A DNA stretch of 49,783 bases from contig NW_008246075.1 in the NCBI RefSeq assembly GCF_000281045.1, positions 34,054 through 83,836 of the forward strand, written 5' to 3'. The DNA comes from Saprolegnia diclina VS20 (lineage: Eukaryota). Numbering within the stretch: the stretch's first letter is position 1; each line of letters opens with the position of its first letter. The notes under the pieces were generated by a model, which saw nothing but the letters and a program-made list of their open reading frames with translations, was not told the DNA's origin and did not search any database. Positions 1 through 11,300 of the stretch are shown piece by piece. The position numbers and the translations under genes are program-made.

Positions 1-45
1 TATGTCTAGTTGTACGAGTATCGCATTTGGATTCTACTCAAAGGT

Positions 46-2014
46 CTACATGGCCGGGGCGAGCGACTGGCACTTGGCGAGGAGCTGGTGGAGGTTGGAA
101 AGCGTTGACGCACTCGCGACCGGCGTCACATCAACCACGTCGTCGTCCGAGTCGGTCGCACTCGATGGCGTCGGCGGCGCGACTTCGTCAAACCACGGCT
201 TGGCGCCGTCGCGCTCCCACCACGCGATCAGCGTCAGCTCTGGATGCATCGTGAAGAGGTGCTGCCACCGACGCAGCATGTTGCGCGAGAGCAGATGCAC
301 ATACGCGTGCACGCGGCTGTGGACGCGGCCTTCGTACGTGAGCAGCGCCTGCGTATCCAGCTTGCCAATGTTGGTCTTGAGCACCGTGCGAACGCTCTCT
401 TGGAGCGGCCCGGCGTCTTCGAGCGGCGTCTTCCAATTCGCGCGTTCGTCGGTCGTCCAGACCGAGAGCACGCTCCAGAGAAACGGAAACGACGCGCACG
501 TGTCGACAAGGAGCGGCTGGACGATCGGGTGCAGCGCCGTGCTGCGACAAATGCGGCGGTTGACCTGGAGCTTCCACGACGTGTGCTGGCCAAAGAGGTC
601 GGGCGCCGACGGCTCCATGGGCTCAACGTACCCGCGGCGGCGCCACTCGTCGACCGCGAGCTGGTCGCGGACGAGCTGCCGGAGCGCGCAGCAGAGGTGC
701 ATGAGGTACTCGAGCTGGAGCGTCGGTTGCGACCGAATCGAGGTCGCGAGGATGTTGTACTGCGCAATGTACTGCGACCGGTGCGGACACATGTGGTCGC
801 GCAGTGCATGGAGCGTGAGGTGCGTCATCCGAATCGGCTGGAGAAACGAATATGGCACGTACGTTGGCACAAAGTGCTGGAGCCCGAGCCACTGCGCCTT
901 GTGCTTGGGCTGCTGCAAGAGCGGTGCGAGGAACGTCGGTAGTGGGCTTGGTGCTGCACTGCGCGTCTCGGGTCGCATGCGCGCGCGGAGCTCGTCAGGC
1001 GTCGCGCAGCGAAGGCGCTTGGTCACGGGCAGGATCGGCAGCTTTGGGTATCGAAAGTGCACTTGATGCCACGTGTGGAGCTGCTGGAGCGCAGCCACCT
1101 TGCGCTTGGACACGACGATCGATCGCTGCAGGTTCCGCGTCTTTGGCATGTACCGGAGGTCATCGGCGCTCTCGAGCGCAGACGCGATCGAGTGCTGCAG
1201 ATGCTGCAGCGTCGCGTGGTACGACGTTGGGGCTACAGTCACGACAGGACGTTTCTGCAAGATGAAGTCATGGAGAGGACGTACGGGCGATGGCGTCGTC
1301 GGCCGTGTCCGTGGCGACGGAGACCATGGGTGGACGCGGCGGCAACGGCGGCGGCACGAGCGGGGCGTCGCCGGTCATGTCGACAATCTCCGGGTGCGCG
1401 GCTTCCGGCGTCGACGGGACAGGCGACGACGGAAAATCGCTGTCCGAGTCGGACGAGTCGCTGATGATTTCCAGAGCGTCGGGACGGGCCAATGGTTTTT
1501 TGTGCGTCGGGTTCGGGAGGCTCTGTGCGCGCTGGCGCGTCGACATGGGGCGCGGCGACGAGCTCGTCATCGACGAAGCTGGGCGCTTGAGCTCATTGGA
1601 CGGCTTGTTGGACTTGCGCTGCACCTGCGCGAGCTTCAACGCGTCGTCGAGGAGCTCCTTGGCCAGGCGCGCACCGTGCTCGACCCGCAGCTGCGTTGTG
1701 CCAATGATCACAATGTTGTTCTTCTCGCTGCCCGACTTGCCGTAGCGCAGCGTGAGGCGGCTGTTGGATGCGCGCGACGCCGCCGAGATCTTGGCGCCTT
1801 TGGCGCCGAGGATGTGGGGCACCATGAGCGACGCGGTAGCGTGGTCGACGTCAGGAAAGTCGATGCGCTGCATAAAGTTGGCTTGCGGCCATGCCGCCTC
1901 CGAGACCTTGTCGCGACGTCCCCAGCGCCCGTCGGCCTCGGCGGCGGGGGCTGCACGGGCCGGCCGCGCCGTGCTGCGCACGCCCAAGCTCGCGCCGACC
2001 GAAATGCTCGCCAT
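46..2014 (-). CDS. KH-domain (putative RNA-binding) protein, two exons
   Basis: ORF 1268..2014 has a type-I KH fold (LMVPHILGAKGAKISAAS, GxxG loop) followed by an S/P-rich linker. A 52-nt intron at 1284..1233 (GTACGT...CTGTAG, phase 1) joins it in frame to ORF 46..1260, whose domain I do not recognise. Confidence 0.65.
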
Positions 2015-2929
2015 GGGGCAATGATGAATACACTAAAAAACCTTTCGCGCCTGTTCAAATGACACTATTTGACGCGCAACCGGTTCGACTGGCACGCACG
2101 GTATCCGGATCCTGGACGGCGTCGGTTGGTCGCGGCTAAATCCACGCCACTCGCCGCGTCGCACGCACTCCTCCAGTGGGAAGCACTGGATTCAATACAC
2201 TGTTTGATGCCTTGGCCCGCAGCGCGCATTGGCTAGCGTCCTTTGGCCCCTACAGTGCACTCTGCCAGAGAATCATCGGCGCACACTGTCACAACCGCTG
2301 GCATAACGACTGCACCAAGATGATCGCGTCCATTCGTCCACTGTACTCGGCTCTGAACTGTCACCCAAGTACGACCATTGATGCCTCGTAGGGACGCTGC
2401 CTTATGAGCCGCCTCACTGTGTAGCTCACGTCGACGCATTCTGCATGGCGGGCGCTAAATTCATGCTGCAACAAAGCCCATTCAAGCCCCAATAGCCGTC
2501 ATCGCGGTTTTCTCGGAGGTCAGTCGACAGCACGTCTCGCGTTGTCCCATTGACCCATCACCAGCAGCACGCAGCCTGATGGTCGTCTTCGCGATTATAA
2601 TGCAGACGCTAAGACAGTGCATTGGGAGCTTGCAAAGTGCGCTCGACGGCGCACAACCAGACGAGAGCGATCTCTCCTTGCTCACGTGTTCGCCATAAGA
2701 ACCGATGGCACATGCAACATCGGTGCGACCATCACTCTCCCTCGGTGAATTACGTGCGATTAGCCGCTGGCACAGCCTATCCGGATGATCGTGGCGCTCA
2801 CAAGAAAATGTGCTGGAAGCCGATTAAATCCAGTGGTTTTATGTTGTATACAAACAACAAGTAGTTGCTTTTAAAAATACAGGCTAGCCCCACGGGCCAC
2901 GATTGGAGCTCATTTGGACTTGCATCATC

Positions 2930-5728
2930 ATGGCCAACAAGGTCACGCTCAGCAGCAAGAAGCTCAGCCTCGAGGAGCTCAGCTCCATCGCATTCTGCGG
3001 CGCCAAGGTCGCGATCGAGGCCTTCGTGCCCGTCGCGCTCTCGCCGGCGGTCGCGTCCAAGGCCGTGCCCCTCGCGGTGCCTGTGACCGCGGCGGCGTCG
3101 CTGCCCAAGGGCATTGCCCGTGCGCTCCTTGTCGCGCGCATCAACTACATTCTGAAGCACAGCGAGCTCCGGTCGCCAGCCGCGCTCGCGATTGCTGAAT
3201 TCCTCGCCACGCTCCTCAACGACGACCACGTGCCCGTGCTGCCCGTGCCGACGTCGGCGTCGGACGCGGTCGACGCCGCCGCGCTTGTCTTGCTCGACGT
3301 GTGTGCTGGCCGCGGTAGCGTCTACGGCACGGATGGCAAGGCCATTATTGCCATCTCGGATGTCGTCGCGAGCTTTCCTGCGTCGCTGGCGCCGATCGAA
3401 ACCGCGACCTTTGCTCAAGGCAACGCGACGCTCGAAGCGATCGTCGCCGCGACCGTGGCCGGCGCGAAAGGCCTGCTCCCGATGGCCGACGCCGTCGCTG
3501 CTCTGACGTGCGAAGTGCGCCACGCGCAGACCGCGCCCTTCAACGTCGAGTTCCTCGATGCGAACCGCCCGCACCGCGGCATCATCACGTCGGCGACGCA
3601 TTTGCGCGTCATGCTCGATGGCTCCAAGGCCACGAACGCGGCGACCGAGAGCCAGGACCCGGATGCAATCCGCTGCATTCCGCAGTACCACGGCCCGGCC
3701 CGCGATACGATCGCCCAGGCCGCCAAGGCCATCGAGGTCGAGCTCAACTCGGTCGACGCCAACTTGTACTCGACCGACCGCGACGGGCTTGGCGCGTTCC
3801 ACCCCGAGCTGCTCAAGACGTCACTCTCGATGGCGCAAGTCGCGCTCCAGTCGCTCGCCCAGGGCGCCACGGACCGCCTCTCGCTGCTCATGCACACGGC
3901 GATCGCCCCGGCCGACTTCAAGGACCGCTCGCTTCTCTCCACCTTCGAGTTTCTCCAAAGCACCATCGGCGTTCTCGAGCACGAGCTCAAGGTCGCGCTG
4001 CAAGCCATTGCGGACGCCGACGCCGCCAAGAGCAGCGCCAAGGCCAAGGGCCCGACGCTCAGCGCCGCAGCCATGCAGGCGCTCGCCGAGGCCGAGGCCA
4101 AGGAAGACGCCAAGATCGCGGCCATGCCCGAGGCGCAGCGCAACAAGGTGCTCGAGAAGCGCCGCCTCAAGGCCGAGAAGGCCAAGGAGAAGCAGTCCAA
4201 GAAGGCAGCCAAGGACGAGCTGCTCTGGGGCGCCGGCACGACCGAGCTCCGTGCGTTCTTGGGCGAAAATGCGACTCTGACGCCGTTTGACTTTCGCCCC
4301 ACGAGCTTGCACTTCTTCTTGGAAGAGATGTTTGCGCGGCTCGGCGCCATGAACGGCAGCCAGCGCCGCAAGCCCAAGGTGGCCAAGGGCGCGCAGGACT
4401 TTTTGCCGCACCAGATGCAGTTGCGTGAAGAGATCTTCCACAAGATCCGCGCCGTCTTCAAGCGCCACGCCGGTGTCGAGATTGAGACGCCAGTGTTTGA
4501 GCTCAAGGAAACGCTCACGGGCAAGTACGGCGAAGACTCGAAGCTCATCTATGACCTTGCCGACCAAGGCGGCGAGCTCCTCGCGCTGCGCTACGATCTG
4601 ACCGTGCCGTTCGCGCGCTTCATGGCGCTCCACAACCCGGGCAACATCAAGCGGTATGCCATTGCGCGCGTGTACCGCCGCGACAACCCGCAGATGGCCC
4701 GCGGCCGGTTCCGTGAGTTTTACCAGTGCGACTTTGACATTGCCGGCACGTACCCGCTCATGCTCGCGGACGCCGAAGTCATTTCGATCGGCATTGAGGT
4801 GCTCAAGGAGTTTCCGCAGCTCGGGTCGTTCAAGATCAAGCTCAGCCACCGCAAGCTCCTCGACGCGATCCTCTCGATCTGCGGCGTGCCCGAAGACAAG
4901 ATCCGCACCACGTGTTCGGCGATCGACAAGCTCGACAAGGAGTCATGGGAGACGGTCCGCGCTGAAATGGTCGACGAAAAGGACGTGGCGCCCGAGGTCG
5001 CCGACCGCATCCAGGGCTTCGTGACCCAAGTCGGGTCGCCCCGGGCGATGCACGCCAAGCTCGTGCAAGAGCAGCGCTTTGGCACGAACGCGCCGGCCGC
5101 CGAGGCCATGAAAGAGCTCGCTCTGCTCTTTGACTACCTCGATGCGATGGGCGTCTTGGACTACGTGTCGTTCGACCTCTCGCTCGCGCGCGGCCTCGAC
5201 TACTACACGGGTCTCATCTACGAGTTTGTGCTCACGGGCTCGAACGCCGGCCAAGTTGGCTCGATTGCCGCCGGTGGTCGCTACGACAACCTTGTCGGGA
5301 TGTTTTCCGCGACGAACGCGCAGATCCCGTGCGTCGGTGTGAGCATGGGCATTGAGCGCATCTTTGGCATGCTCCAGAAGCACGCCGAAGAGACGAACGC
5401 GGCGGCCAAGGCGCCGGCGCAGGTGCTCGTCGCGCAAACGTCCAAGGATTTGCTCTTGACGCGCCTCGGCGTGTGCAAGGACCTGTGGCAGAACAACATT
5501 GCGGCCGAGATCCTCCCGAGCGAGAACCCCAAGTTTGTCAAGCAGCTCCAGTATGCGCTCGAGGCCGGCATCCCGTACATGGTCGTGCTTGGCGAAGACG
5601 AGCTCAAGACCGACTGCGTCAACGTCAAGGTGCTCGCGACCAAGGAAGAGCTGACGGTGCCGCGCGCCGAGATGGTTGCGACGCTCCTCGCGCACGGCTG
5701 CCAACGCACGAACGTTGTGCAGTGGTAG
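2930..5728 (+). CDS. HARS: Histidyl-tRNA synthetase with N-terminal histidine/phenylalanine ammonia-lyase-like domain
   Basis: Intronless ORF, ATG at 2930. C-terminal class II HisRS motifs: LRYDLTVPFAR, YRRDNPQMARGRFREFYQCDFD, LARGLDYYTG, AAGGRYD, then an anticodon-binding domain. The N-terminal part has HAL-like QDPDAIRCIPQYHGP and IEVELNS. Confidence 0.95.
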   Translation: MANKVTLSSKKLSLEELSSIAFCGAKVAIEAFVPVALSPAVASKAVPLAVPVTAAASLPKGIARALLVARINYILKHSELRSPAALAIAEFLATLLNDDHVPVLPVPTSASDAVDAAALVLLDVCAGRGSVYGTDGKAIIAISDVVASFPASLAPIETATFAQGNATLEAIVAATVAGAKGLLPMADAVAALTCEVRHAQTAPFNVEFLDANRPHRGIITSATHLRVMLDGSKATNAATESQDPDAIRCIPQYHGPARDTIAQAAKAIEVELNSVDANLYSTDRDGLGAFHPELLKTSLSMAQVALQSLAQGATDRLSLLMHTAIAPADFKDRSLLSTFEFLQSTIGVLEHELKVALQAIADADAAKSSAKAKGPTLSAAAMQALAEAEAKEDAKIAAMPEAQRNKVLEKRRLKAEKAKEKQSKKAAKDELLWGAGTTELRAFLGENATLTPFDFRPTSLHFFLEEMFARLGAMNGSQRRKPKVAKGAQDFLPHQMQLREEIFHKIRAVFKRHAGVEIETPVFELKETLTGKYGEDSKLIYDLADQGGELLALRYDLTVPFARFMALHNPGNIKRYAIARVYRRDNPQMARGRFREFYQCDFDIAGTYPLMLADAEVISIGIEVLKEFPQLGSFKIKLSHRKLLDAILSICGVPEDKIRTTCSAIDKLDKESWETVRAEMVDEKDVAPEVADRIQGFVTQVGSPRAMHAKLVQEQRFGTNAPAAEAMKELALLFDYLDAMGVLDYVSFDLSLARGLDYYTGLIYEFVLTGSNAGQVGSIAAGGRYDNLVGMFSATNAQIPCVGVSMGIERIFGMLQKHAEETNAAAKAPAQVLVAQTSKDLLLTRLGVCKDLWQNNIAAEILPSENPKFVKQLQYALEAGIPYMVVLGEDELKTDCVNVKVLATKEELTVPRAEMVATLLAHGCQRTNVVQW

Positions 5729-6664
5729 AGACGACAATCGACAAAATACGATAAGTCGACAAACTTGAGCGTTGATTCCATCTTGTCGGCTCGCGTGTCG
5801 TCGAATATACTGGTGATCTTCCGTAATGAGACGCAACCAGAGACTCTGCTTGGCCCAGGAGGTGTTGGACACTTGAGCTTGGAGGCAAAATGAAAACTGA
5901 ATTCGATCGACCATTTACAAAGCTAAACCTAAACCCGCTCGTAGAGGCTTAGCAACTTGAACTTCATCTTGAACTGCAAGTTGTCATGGAGAAGAGAACA
6001 CACGCGCTGGATCGCGGATCCCAGCCGTGACAGGAGGTCATCATAGAGTCGCTTGACGACTGCGTCCTATCCAAAGGGCTAGGTATACGAGTGTCGTCGT
6101 TGCCGCCACTGGCAATGGACCCGCAGCGCGAGATTTCTCTGTGTTCGTGTCCTCTGTGATCTGCATCGACCTGTGACGCTCCAGGACGCGATCGACACTG
6201 GCCACGTAGAACCGCTCTTCAACATTTTCGAGAGCTCGAGAAGGCGTAAGCAGCGATTAGGTATAGCACCATCCTAGTACATCATGTCTATTTTTCTATC
6301 TATATACTGTATTCGTGGCGAGTGCCCTCTCGCATTGCAGTGTGCATGGTACCGCGGTGCGCAGCGTGAACAATCAAGTGCTCGCACCAAGCTCAATAAG
6401 CTCCTGTTGCGTCTCTAATTGGCCACTTTATTGAACGTATTGGCCAATCGTGTCACAGGAGACGCCATGCGACCGCGCCGACACTCGTGCGATCGTCGGA
6501 ACCTCGTCGAAAACGAAATCGCCAAGACTTGGTCCAGTGATAGAAGAGATGTCAGAGAGCACGGGACGCTACGTTGCATAGCCGACTAAAGTCTACAGCA
6601 GGAGCAGCGTGCCACGACACAATTATTTGTGGTGAAAGCCATAAATAGTCGCATACTGCCATTT

Positions 6665-7215
6665 TTACCAGGTCGGCAAGCTCTCGACCGCAAGGGCAAT
6701 GTCCTTGCCAAAGGCGGGTGGGCGGTCCTTGTTCTTGTTGGCGGCCACGTAGTAGGCTGCAAATGCATCAGTGGAGCTCGACTCTTCCTGAACAATCTCG
6801 ACGTCGTCGACCTTGCGCGGCTGCTTGAGCAAGTCGAGCGACGCCGTAGTTTGGACTTTTGACAGAGAAGACGGCGTCAAGGCCATTGGCTTCCTCGAAG
6901 AGCTCCCGCAACTTCTTGTCCGGATGAACACGAAAGGTGAGGACGTAGCCGCAGGAGCCGGGCGACATCTCAATCACAAGCCCAACGTTGAGTTGCAGAT
7001 GCGAGCCGACTCAATCTGCAAGCTCGCGTTGGAGTTTCCCGCAAAGTTGGCGTATGTTGGTGACGACGAAAGTGCCGAGGTTGCCTTGGTCCGAGCTGAG
7101 GCATCAGACGCCGATCACAATACATTTGCTCGTGTGGCAGCACTCGTACAGCTCCTTGTCGGCGATGATGCCCTGGAGCGTGAGATCGCGCTGCAACTTT
7201 GTCGATGCCCTCGAC
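6665..7215 (-). pseudogene. BBS5: Degenerate C-terminal half of BBSome subunit BBS5
   Basis: BBS5-like peptides are spread across frames: STKLQRDLTL, LPHEQMY, IGV*CLSSDQGNLGTFVVTNIR (conserved W changed to TGA), GYVLTFRVHP, SPNYGV, DDVEI...TDAFAAYY...NKNKDRPPAF...LAVESL. Several frameshifts, and no N-terminal half is visible. Confidence 0.85.
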
Positions 7216-7364
7216 GATGTGGCGAGAGTCTGCCTGCCTGGATGTGGGGCTAACCGAGCTACACTGTTTCCGGCCAAATTCTGTACAATACAGTGTTTGG
7301 TATCTTTGCGCGTAAATAACAAATGTTAAAAAATCTTTCCGCGGAGAAGACCGTGATCAAGCAC

Positions 7365-8311
7365 ATGTCGACGGTCGTCGTCGTGGTTCACGCCGGGCGC
7401 CACCTGCCGAGCGACTGCCGCCTGCGCCTCGCGCTCCTTGCTAACGCTGCACCCGGAGCGGATGTGCCACCGCCGCCGCCTGCGCCAACAGACGCGCTGT
7501 GGGTCCCGACGCAGCCGCTTCGCTTAGAGGTACAAATGTACGCCATCCCATCACATCGAGGGTTCATCGACAAGTAGCTCGCATGGCCACACGACGATGC
7601 GGCGCCGGTCGTCTCGATCGAGGTGTGGGACTGCGCCAAAGCCTACGACACGTTTGTCGCTGCCGTCCAGCGTTCGGCGTCGGCGTCGGCAGACCCGGAA
7701 TGGTGGACGTTTCCAGCGTCCAACATGGCACTGCACATCTCAGTCGCGTGCAAGACAACAGCAGCGCCACCACGCACGATGGACTTTCGCTTTGAAGCGC
7801 CGAGCCATCGCATCGACTGGCGTGCACTGCAGCATCTTCATCTCGGCGCGATCGTCCATCATGTAGTTCGGCTTGCTCCATCACGTCTTAGCCACCGCCT
7901 ATGTGTAGGTGGACACGACCGCGCTCGAGGCCTGCCTCGCCACTGTCTTGTACGGCGACTGCAACGAAGGTGAGCGCGTTGCTGCTAGTACCTCCAACGG
8001 ATGTGTGTTTCCTCCAGACGGCGAGCTGTACCCGGCGATGCTTCTGCTGCAGCTCGCTGCCCAGTATGCCAACTACTGTTGCGAAACGATCGCAGTCCAG
8101 ACAGCGTACGTAATACTATGTCCCCTTGTAGCGAACGACGCATTGTAGGCAGCTTCAAACTGCACTGGACGCGGCCATTGCCCGGCGACGACGCCTGCAG
8201 CAGAAGCGGTCGCATGCGACCGCCACCATCGAGCAGCTGCGTCGGACGCAAGCCTCATTAGACGACGTCCTCGCGACCTTTGAGCGGGTTTCGTCATCGA
8301 CGCCACCGTGA
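7365..8311 (+). CDS. C2-like domain + Dzip1/Iguana-like N-terminal domain + coiled coil protein
   Basis: Five exons traced in frame, with introns 7530-7577, 7863-7908, 7970-8017 and 8106-8148. FRFEAPSHRIDWRALQHL...LEACLATVLYGD...LLLQLAAQY resembles Dzip-like_N. VVVVHAGRHLP...VSIEVWD...DTFV...EWWTF resembles C2. Confidence 0.6.
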
Positions 8312-8388
8312 GAGCCTGCCTGTCTATTTTGAGCAGGATAACCTTAATACAACCGATAACCACTCGCAGTTTACATTCGACTTGCTGC

Positions 8389-11300
8389 ATGAACAAGGTG
8401 GTGCCAGTCAAGGCGGCCGAGGCGCGGGAGCCCTGCGACACGGGCCCGTCACGGTCGGCCATGACCCAAGCCGCCAAGGCCCTCGCGCTCGCCGAGCGGC
8501 TTGGTGCTGGCAAGGCCTTTCGCAAGACGACGTTGCGGGACATTGGCGAGCTCGGGATTGGTATCCAGCTCTACTTTATGCTCATCAAGTACGGCGCGAT
8601 CGCCCTTGGCGTCCTCTCGGTCTTTGCTGTCCCCAGCGCGGGTATATCCTGGCTCAACATTGTCACTCCTAAGTTCTCTAGTGTTGCACTACTATGGACA
8701 CGGTGTCCTTGCCGCGAACGCCGACCCGCTCAAGCTCACGTACATTTCCATTGCAAACGAAGGCGTCAACCCGGGCATCGATGCGTCGCTGTGCAGTGCG
8801 AACGGCGGGCGCATCGACTGCTCTGGCGACACCATCGACACGCCGCTGACGCCCGACCCCAAAATCGCGTACGTCCCAATTTTGTCGTGGATCGATGGAA
8901 CGTTGTATCGAGTAGATCGTACATCATTGCGGGCTGCGACGTCGCCTACTCGATCGTGTTTTGGCTCTTCATTGGGCTCTTTGGGTACCTCTCGCGCCGT
9001 GCCGTGCGTCTCGACGCCGTGCAAAACAGTACGCCGGCCAAGTACGCGGTGCGCGTCAAGGGCCTCCCGCGCGACGCGACTAAGGCCGAGCTCCTCGAGC
9101 ATTTCGATTCGCGCTATGCGCTCACGTTGCCGGAGATGCACTACCCGCTCTGGCTCGGATGCTTTGGGCGCCGTCGCCCGCCCCGCCGTCCAACCCTCGT
9201 AGAGTACAGTGAGATTAAGAGGGAGTCGAAGCAGCGTTGTAGGTCCCCGCGACTGCAAGCGCCGTTTCGAATGTCGACCACGTCGATGGCGACGCAACCT
9301 ACTTGGGGAAATGGGTCGCCCAAGTGACCATCGCCCACCCCACCGGGGGGCTTCTTCGCCATTTTTTGTCGCTGGAGCGGCTCACGACGCAGCTTGCGGC
9401 GCTCGACGACGTCCTAACTGCCTATCGCAAGATGCCGGTACGCGCGATATAATGGAAGAGAAGGCCCATTGCTGGCTAGACGCGGTATGCCAAGAAGCTC
9501 GTCGTCGCCGAAGCTACCCAGACGCGGCTGCAGACAAAGATGGAGAAGATCGTCGACAAGATGACGTCACTCAAGACCACGGGACTGCAGCGGTACGACG
9601 TCATCTCTATCCTGCATCGCCCAACCCGTCATAGACTCGAGGAGTGCGAGTGCGCCTACATTGTGTTTGAAAACACTGAGAGCCGCCGGCGCTGTTTGCG
9701 CGACTACCGGACGAGCACCTCGTCATGGAAGCGGTTTTGGCAGCCGAAAGCACTGCGTTTTCGCGGCCAATTTGCCATCGTCGTCGAGCCCGCGCCCGAG
9801 CCGTCCAACATCATTTGGGAAAACCTCGAGACGTCAGCGTCCTCCCGCTTCATTCGGTACTCATTGCATACCACCGACTGGACCCCTAACCGCCAATGTC
9901 GCAGGCGCTCGCTGACCAACGTGTTGACATTCTTGCTCCTCTTGCTGTCGTGCGGCGTCATTTCGCTTGCGAACAGCAGTCAGCGCAAGTTCAACGTGCC
10001 TGTGTTGGCCAATTTGTGCGAGAAGATCCAGCGGGTCTACGACGGTCCAGCGACGTCAAATGACCGGAGCGTGCGGACGCTGGTCTGGAACGACTCGATT
10101 TCATGTGGCAGCGATGCGTCGTTTGCGATCACATACGCCAACGTCTCGGCCCCGACCTTGCTCTTGCCGCCGTTTCTCAACTACAACGACGTGCGCCCAC
10201 TGCAGAACCTCACTCGGTGCATCGCCCCGTGCTTCAACGTCTCGGTCGCCGCAACCGCTAGTTGCGGCACGCTGCCATGCTTTACGACCGACACCTTAAG
10301 AACGTCGACCAACGTCTCGAGCAAATGCGAAGCCTACGTGCCCGATAGCATCCTCACCTGCTACTGCATGCCGCTCCTCGAGGCTGCCATCCACACCGAC
10401 GGCGTCCTCAACGGCCCGCGCCAGCTCTGGACAAACGAGCTTCCGTGTCAGAGCTATATCACAGCGTATTTGACCAAGACGAGTCTCCTCATCGCCGCTG
10501 CCCTGACCGTGATTGTGGTCAACGTGGGGCTCCAAGGCATTTTCTATGCCTTTGCGTCCTTCGAGCGGCACTCGTCCGAGTCGCACAAGGCGGCGGCGGT
10601 CGTCCTCAAGCTCTTCTTTGCTCAGTGGATCAACACGGCGGTCATCGTCCTCATCGTCAACGCAAGTCTTGGGAACGTGCCGCTCGTGAGCACCTTACTG
10701 AGCGGGCAGTACATGGACTTTGAGCGCGATTGGTACACAAGCGTCGGCGCCGGCTTGACGATGACGATGCTCGTGAATGCGCTGGCGCCGCAGATCGGAC
10801 CGCTCCTGAATCTGTATGTGACGTACCCGCTCTCACGCTGCTTCCACGGACGGTACGCGGTCACGCAGGCGCAGATGAATGCGCTGTATGCCAACCCGAG
10901 CTTTAACATTGCGCTGCGGTATCCCGTCGTGCTCAACACGCTCTTTGTGACGCTCATGTACGCCGGGGGGCTTCCAGTGCTCTTGCCCGTGGGCGCGATC
11001 GCGCTCTCGCTGACGTATTTTCTCGATAAGCTCACCATCATGAAGCTCTGCAGCGTTCGCACGGCGTTCGACGAGGCGCTCGGGTCGCTCGCGATGCAGC
11101 TGTTGCCCTGGGTCCTCTTCCTCCACCTCGGGTTTTCCACGTGGATGTTTGGCAACTCGTCCATTTTGGCCTCCGACTTGCTCTCGGTCAACGTGGTCGT
11201 CAATGCCCTTGCATCGTCGGTGAATGGCGGCAACAGTACGCTGCTCGAGGCTGACCCGACGGCATTTGTTCAAATGACGTTGGAGGCAGAGATGGCGTCG

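Noticed and set aside
8280..8400. Possible fusion of the C2/Dzip gene to the downstream channel gene
   Set aside because: The traced last exon stops at 8309-8311, and the splice I tested (8288-8336) does not enter the channel reading frame.
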